Assembly: GCA_963701965.1 (NCBI GenBank)
Contig: OY969695.1
Coordinates: 4,384,001-4,448,000, forward strand
DNA length: 64,000 bases
Source: an uncultured Gemmatimonadales bacterium
GTDB lineage: Bacteria; Gemmatimonadota; Gemmatimonadetes; Gemmatimonadales; Gemmatimonadaceae
Direction of reading: 5' to 3'
The position numbers and the translations under genes are program-made. Each line of letters starts with the position of its first letter. Position 1 is the first letter of the stretch. A model generated the notes under the pieces. The model was not told the origin of the DNA, ran no database searches, and saw only the letters and a list, made by a program, of their open reading frames with translations. This document shows positions 59,701-64,000 of this stretch, piece by piece.

Positions 59701-61622
59701 TGACGAAACCCTGGACGATCGAATCGGCGCGCGAGGTCTACAACATCGAGGGCTGGGGCGCCGGCTACTTCGACGTCAACGCCAAAGGGCACGTTGTGGT
59801 CCGCGCCGACCGGTCCCACCCCAACCACGAGCTGGACTTGTTCGAGCTGGGGCGCGACCTGCAGGAGCAGGGCGTGGGAATGCCGGTCCTCCTCCGCTTC
59901 TCCGACGTGCTCAAATCGCGCATCGAGGCGGTCGGCGCGGCGTTCGAGAACGCCATGCGGGAGTTCGACTACCGCGGCGGGTACACCACGGTCTACCCGA
60001 TCAAGGTCAACCAGATCCGCCGCGTCGTCGAGGAGATCGTGCAGTTCGGCGCGCCCTACGGTGTGGGTCTGGAGTGCGGGTCCAAGCCCGAGCTCCAAGC
60101 CGTACTGGCGCTGTCCGAGGCCGCCGATCACACGATCGTGTGCAATGGGTACAAGGACAAAGAGTTCATGCGCCTGGCCCTCATCGGTCAGAAGCTGGGC
60201 CACGAGGTCTTCATCGTCATCGAGCAACTGAGCGAGATCAATGTGCTCTTGCAGGCGGCCGACGAATTGGGCGTGATCCCGACGGCCGGGGTGCGCATCA
60301 AGTTGGCGTCAGCCGGATTCGGGCGGTGGGCCCAGAGCGGGGGAGAGAAGTCCAAGTTCGGGCTCACGACATCGCAGCTGGTGCGGGCCGTCGACATGCT
60401 GCGGGAACGGGGGCGACTGGACGTGCTCAAGCTCCTGCACTTCCACATCGGCAGCCAGATCTCGGACATCCGGTACATCAAGGCGGCGCTGCAGGAGGTC
60501 GTGCGGTACTACGCCGAACTGCGAGCAATGGGCGTCGACATCACGCACGTCGACGTTGGCGGCGGACTCGGCATCGACTACGACGGGACAAATTCGACGG
60601 CCCAGGGCAGCGTCAACTACAACGTGCAGGAATACGCCAACGACGTGATCTACATCCTGGGCGAGGCCTGTCGGGAACAGGACCTCCCGATGCCGCACGT
60701 CATCAGCGAGTCCGGCCGGGCGTTGACGGCGCATCATGCGCTGCTCTTGATCAACGTCATCGACGTCGAGTCCCAGGCCGAGCCCGAGTTGCCGGCGATC
60801 ACCGACGATGACCACGCGCTCCTCCACGACATGCTGGCCGACTACGAGGAAGTGAGCCGACCAAAAGTGCGCCACCGCCGCGTCATCGAGGCGTATCATG
60901 ATGCCCTGTTCGACCGCGGACGGGCCCAGGATCTGTTTCAGAGCGGAGTGCTCGCGCTCCGCGGCCGCGCGGCGGCCGAGCAGATCTATCTTCGCATCGT
61001 CAACGCGGTCGCCCGGCGGGCGCTGGAGAGTCCCGACGATTACGCGGACATCCTGAGCGACGTGGAGAGCGCGCTCGTCGACCGGTACTTCTGCAACTTC
61101 TCGTTGTTCCAGTCCGTGCCCGACAACTGGGCGATTGACCAGCTCTTCCCCATCATGCCCATTCATCGGTTGGAGGAGGAGCCGACGCGCCGGGGTACGC
61201 TGCAGGATGTGACCTGCGACTCGGACGGGAAGATCGACCGGTTCGTGGGCGGCAATGGCAAGTCGGGGCGGCCCAGTCTCGAGCTGCACGCCCTGCGGAC
61301 GGGCGAGGAGTACATCCTCGGGATCTTCTTGACGGGCGCCTATCAGGAGATCCTGGGCGATCTCCACAATTTGTTCGGCGATACCAACGCCGCGCACATC
61401 CGCTTGTCGCCCGGTGGACGCGGATACGAGATCACCGATCTCGTGCGCGGGAACACCGTCACCGACGTACTCAATTACGTAGAATACGGCGCCGGCAATC
61501 TCTTGACGACGTTTCGTCGCAAGGTCGCCGGCGCCGATAATCTCTCACGTCAGGAAGCGAACGGGTTTATCGCCGAGTATGTCGCCGGCCTGGAAGGGTA
61601 CACGTATTTGGAAGGAGAATAA
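59700..61622 (+). CDS. speA: Biosynthetic arginine decarboxylase
   Basis: YNI.GWG.GYF, VYPIKVNQ (PLP lysine), GLECGSKPEL, HFHIGSQI, DVGGGLG.DYDG, NFSLFQS.PD.W, TCDSDG, GAYQEILG..HNLFG. Confidence 0.97.
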   Translation: MTKPWTIESAREVYNIEGWGAGYFDVNAKGHVVVRADRSHPNHELDLFELGRDLQEQGVGMPVLLRFSDVLKSRIEAVGAAFENAMREFDYRGGYTTVYPIKVNQIRRVVEEIVQFGAPYGVGLECGSKPELQAVLALSEAADHTIVCNGYKDKEFMRLALIGQKLGHEVFIVIEQLSEINVLLQAADELGVIPTAGVRIKLASAGFGRWAQSGGEKSKFGLTTSQLVRAVDMLRERGRLDVLKLLHFHIGSQISDIRYIKAALQEVVRYYAELRAMGVDITHVDVGGGLGIDYDGTNSTAQGSVNYNVQEYANDVIYILGEACREQDLPMPHVISESGRALTAHHALLLINVIDVESQAEPELPAITDDDHALLHDMLADYEEVSRPKVRHRRVIEAYHDALFDRGRAQDLFQSGVLALRGRAAAEQIYLRIVNAVARRALESPDDYADILSDVESALVDRYFCNFSLFQSVPDNWAIDQLFPIMPIHRLEEEPTRRGTLQDVTCDSDGKIDRFVGGNGKSGRPSLELHALRTGEEYILGIFLTGAYQEILGDLHNLFGDTNAAHIRLSPGGRGYEITDLVRGNTVTDVLNYVEYGAGNLLTTFRRKVAGADNLSRQEANGFIAEYVAGLEGYTYLEGE

Positions 61623-61628
61623 GACTCC

Positions 61629-62246
61629 CTACTTGGCGGCGAACCGCTTCGAGACTTCCGCCCAATTGACGACGTTCCAGAACGCCGCGACGTAGTCGGG
61701 GCGGCGGTTCTGGTACTTGAGATAGTACGCGTGTTCCCACACGTCGAGGCCGAGGAGGATGTCGCCCGGCTTCATGCCGTCCATGATGGGGTTGTCCTGA
61801 TTCGGCGAGCTGGAGATCGCCAGCTTGGCGCCGGAGCGCGTCAGCCACGCCCAGCCTGATCCGAACCGCCCCGCGGCGGCGGCGGCGAACTGCTCCTTGA
61901 ACTTGGCGAAGTCGCCGAAGCTGGACTTGATCGCGTCACTGAGCGGGCCGGAAGGCTCGCCGCCCTTTTTGCTGGGGTCCAGCCAGAGCCAGAACTGCGA
62001 GTGGTTCCAGTGGCCGCCGCCGTTATTGCGCACCGCGGTACGGACGGCCTCGGGCACCGTGTTGATTCCGGCCAGCAGCTGTTCCAACGTCTTGTCCTTC
62101 AACTCGGGCGCTTTGTCGACGGCCGCGTTGAGATTGGTGACGTAGGCCGCGTGATGCTTGTCGTGGTGGATCTCCATCGTCTTGGCATCAATGTGCGGCT
62201 CCAGCGCGTCGAAGCCGTAGGGCAACGGTGGCAGCGTGAACGCCAT
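61629..62246 (-). CDS. sodA: Superoxide dismutase, Mn-type signature
   Basis: [47 protein letters not shown]. Confidence 0.93.
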   Translation of the reverse strand: MAFTLPPLPYGFDALEPHIDAKTMEIHHDKHHAAYVTNLNAAVDKAPELKDKTLEQLLAGINTVPEAVRTAVRNNGGGHWNHSQFWLWLDPSKKGGEPSGPLSDAIKSSFGDFAKFKEQFAAAAAGRFGSGWAWLTRSGAKLAISSSPNQDNPIMDGMKPGDILLGLDVWEHAYYLKYQNRRPDYVAAFWNVVNWAEVSKRFAAK

Positions 62247-62247
62247 G

Positions 62248-62907
62248 TCAGATCTCCGGTGTTCGTAGTGAAGATGTCGAGGTGGCGCGGGCCCGTCGTT
62301 GCCGCCACCACCCGATGATCCCCGGCAGGATCGACAGGAAGATAACCGCCAGGATGACGACCTCGATGTGCTTGGCGACGCCAGGCACGCGCGAGCCCAG
62401 GAAGTAGCCGAGCAGCAACATGCTCCAAATCCAGGCCGTGCCACCCAGGATGCTGTACGTCAAGAACACGCGATAATCCATCATGGCGACCCCGGCTACG
62501 AGCGGCGCGAATGTCCGGATGATGGGCATGAATCGCGCGAGGACGATCGTTTTGGGGCCGTTTTTCACGTAAAACTCGTGCGCCCGCTCGACGTGGCGGC
62601 GCCGGAAGAAGAGCGACTCCTCCCGGGTGAAAATGCGCGGGCCCGTCATGCGCCCGATCCAGTAATTCGTGTTGTCGCCGACAATGGCCGCGACGTTCAG
62701 CAGGGCGCCGAGGGCGTAGACGTTGAGCGGTAATCCCTGCGAGGCGAGGAGTCCAGCGGTGACCAACACCGAGTCGCCCGGCAGAAAGAATCCGAAGAAC
62801 AACCCCGTCTCCACAAAAACAATTGCCGCCATCCCGCCATAGCCCGCCCACGCGACGAGCGCGGGAAGGTCTCTCAAGCGATGGAAGAGGTCGTTCAAGG
62901 AGGGCAT
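62248..62907 (-). CDS. dedA: DedA/VTT family membrane protein
   Basis: [38 protein letters not shown]. Confidence 0.9.
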   Translation of the reverse strand: MPSLNDLFHRLRDLPALVAWAGYGGMAAIVFVETGLFFGFFLPGDSVLVTAGLLASQGLPLNVYALGALLNVAAIVGDNTNYWIGRMTGPRIFTREESLFFRRRHVERAHEFYVKNGPKTIVLARFMPIIRTFAPLVAGVAMMDYRVFLTYSILGGTAWIWSMLLLGYFLGSRVPGVAKHIEVVILAVIFLSILPGIIGWWRQRRARATSTSSLRTPEI

Positions 62908-62967
62908 ATCCCAAGCTACCACGCGCCCCTCGCCTGCGCCCGTCACGGAGGCGTGATATGTTCCGTG

Positions 62968-63798
62968 ATGCTCGGTTCGGTCCTCGACCGGGTCGCGATC
63001 GTGCTCTACGAGCCGCAAGACCCTGTCAACATTGCCGCGACCGTGCGGGCGATGAAGAACATGGGAGTGTGCGATCTCCGGCTCGTCCGCCCCGTGACGT
63101 ACGATCCCCATCGGATCGAGGGCGTGGCCCACGACACCGCCGACCTGGTCGAGCGCATCCGGCACTATGACGATCTCGACGCCGCGTTGGCCGACTGCGT
63201 GCGCATCGCCGCCTTCACGCGGCGGCGGCGCGCCGCCAAGCGTTCGGCCGCCGACGTGCGGGACACCGCGCGGATCTTGCTCGACGCCCTGGAGCCGAGC
63301 CACGGCACGGTCGCCGCGCTCTTTGGTCGCGAGGACAGCGGCCTTCCCAATGAGGCCGTCGACCGGGCCCACCTCGTGGCCACGATTCCCACGACCGAGC
63401 ATGCCTCGCTCAACCTCGCGCAGGCCGTGCTCATCGCGCTGTACGAGTTGCACTTGGCGGCCGTGGCCCGTGGCGCGGCGACGCGGACGCTCGCGCCCCC
63501 GAAGCACGATGCCCCTCCCGCCACCGCCGCCGAGTTCGAGATGCTGTTCGCCGATGGCCAGCGGGCCTTGGCCCTGATCGACTTCTTCAAGACCCGGCAT
63601 CCCGAGCACGTCCTGCGGTCGCTCCGCTCGCTGGTGCACCGGGCCGCCCCGGATTCGCGCGAGATCGCGCTCCTGCGCGCCGCGGCGATCGAGGTGGCAC
63701 GCACGTTTGCGCGGGAAAACCGCCCGGAATCCAGCGGCGCCCTGACTTGCATTCGCGCGTCGGCCGGCGCATCATATCCGTCGTTGCGTGCCTTGTGA
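62968..63798 (+). CDS. TrmJ/LasT-family SPOUT RNA methyltransferase
   Basis: VL.EP..P.NI....RAMKNMG, LFGRED.GL.N, IPT....SLNLAQAV. Confidence 0.88.
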   Translation: MLGSVLDRVAIVLYEPQDPVNIAATVRAMKNMGVCDLRLVRPVTYDPHRIEGVAHDTADLVERIRHYDDLDAALADCVRIAAFTRRRRAAKRSAADVRDTARILLDALEPSHGTVAALFGREDSGLPNEAVDRAHLVATIPTTEHASLNLAQAVLIALYELHLAAVARGAATRTLAPPKHDAPPATAAEFEMLFADGQRALALIDFFKTRHPEHVLRSLRSLVHRAAPDSREIALLRAAAIEVARTFARENRPESSGALTCIRASAGASYPSLRAL

Positions 63799-63810
63799 AA
63801 AACTTCACAA
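63793..63810. promoter_or_regulatory. Perfect Rex-type operator TTGTGAA-N4-TTCACAA
   Basis: TTGTGAAAAACTTCACAA, 20 nt upstream of the ATG at 63831. Confidence 0.8.
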
Positions 63811-63830
63811 AGACTTGGGCGACGATATAG

Positions 63831-64000
63831 ATGACGACGGGTCGGAAGTCGTGGGCGGCAGTACCGGGTTTTATCGCGATCGCTGCGATCGCCGCGGTGT
63901 TGTCCGCGTATCAAGGCGCGACGTCGCAGGACACCGTGATCACGCACGATCCCGGTTCGCCGGGCTGGGGCTACCACGCCGGGTCATCCGCACAGGGTTA
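63831..64000 (+). CDS. 5' fragment of an exported or membrane-anchored protein (runs off the window)
   Basis: MTTGRKSWAAVPGFIAIAAIAAVLSAYQG..., basic N-region plus hydrophobic stretch; open to the window end. Confidence 0.55.
   Translation, partial: MTTGRKSWAAVPGFIAIAAIAAVLSAYQGATSQDTVITHDPGSPGWGYHAGSSAQG

Overview
High-GC, very densely coded bacterial window; overall protein style suggests Gemmatimonadota, which is an inference. Left flank (1-13.2 kb): tyrosine catabolism (acetoacetate-CoA ligase, hppD, hmgA), an S9 peptidase, a potABCD-type polyamine ABC transporter and two aldehyde dehydrogenases (one gabD-like). The centre (24.6-48.5 kb) is a type VI secretion system: tssM, tssL, two divergent tssK, tssB, tssC, hcp, tagJ/impE, tssA, tssE, tssF, tssG, clpV, vgrG, a DUF6931-like gene and PAAR. 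I can see no tssJ, no Fha/phosphatase and no toxin-immunity pair. Instead the T6SS is bracketed on both sides by related accessory genes. (i) Outer-membrane beta-barrel genes are coupled to lipoproteins built on the same Ig-like + BACON-like 'TYGAGATGWL' stalk. Their heads differ: two 7-blade RCC1 propellers on the left (sharing a near-identical 1.1 kb 5' duplication) and a mono-heme cytochrome c on the right. (ii) Two membrane proteins (a Sel1-repeat protein on the left, a Ser/Thr kinase on the right) share an unusual 'kinase N-lobe fragment / zinc ribbon / kinase N-lobe fragment' module. A Pro-rich pseudokinase-fragment protein and a methyltransferase sit inside the cluster. Right flank: a second Ser/Thr kinase, an MCP, an ABC-2 exporter, speA, sodA, dedA, a TrmJ-like methylase and a perfect Rex-type operator before a truncated gene. 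Four single-base frameshifts (one in tssC) are probably sequencing errors. Many genes look leaderless (TANNNT 4-7 nt before the start). No rRNA, tRNA, CRISPR array or mobile element was recognised. All assignments come from motif recognition by eye, not database searches.
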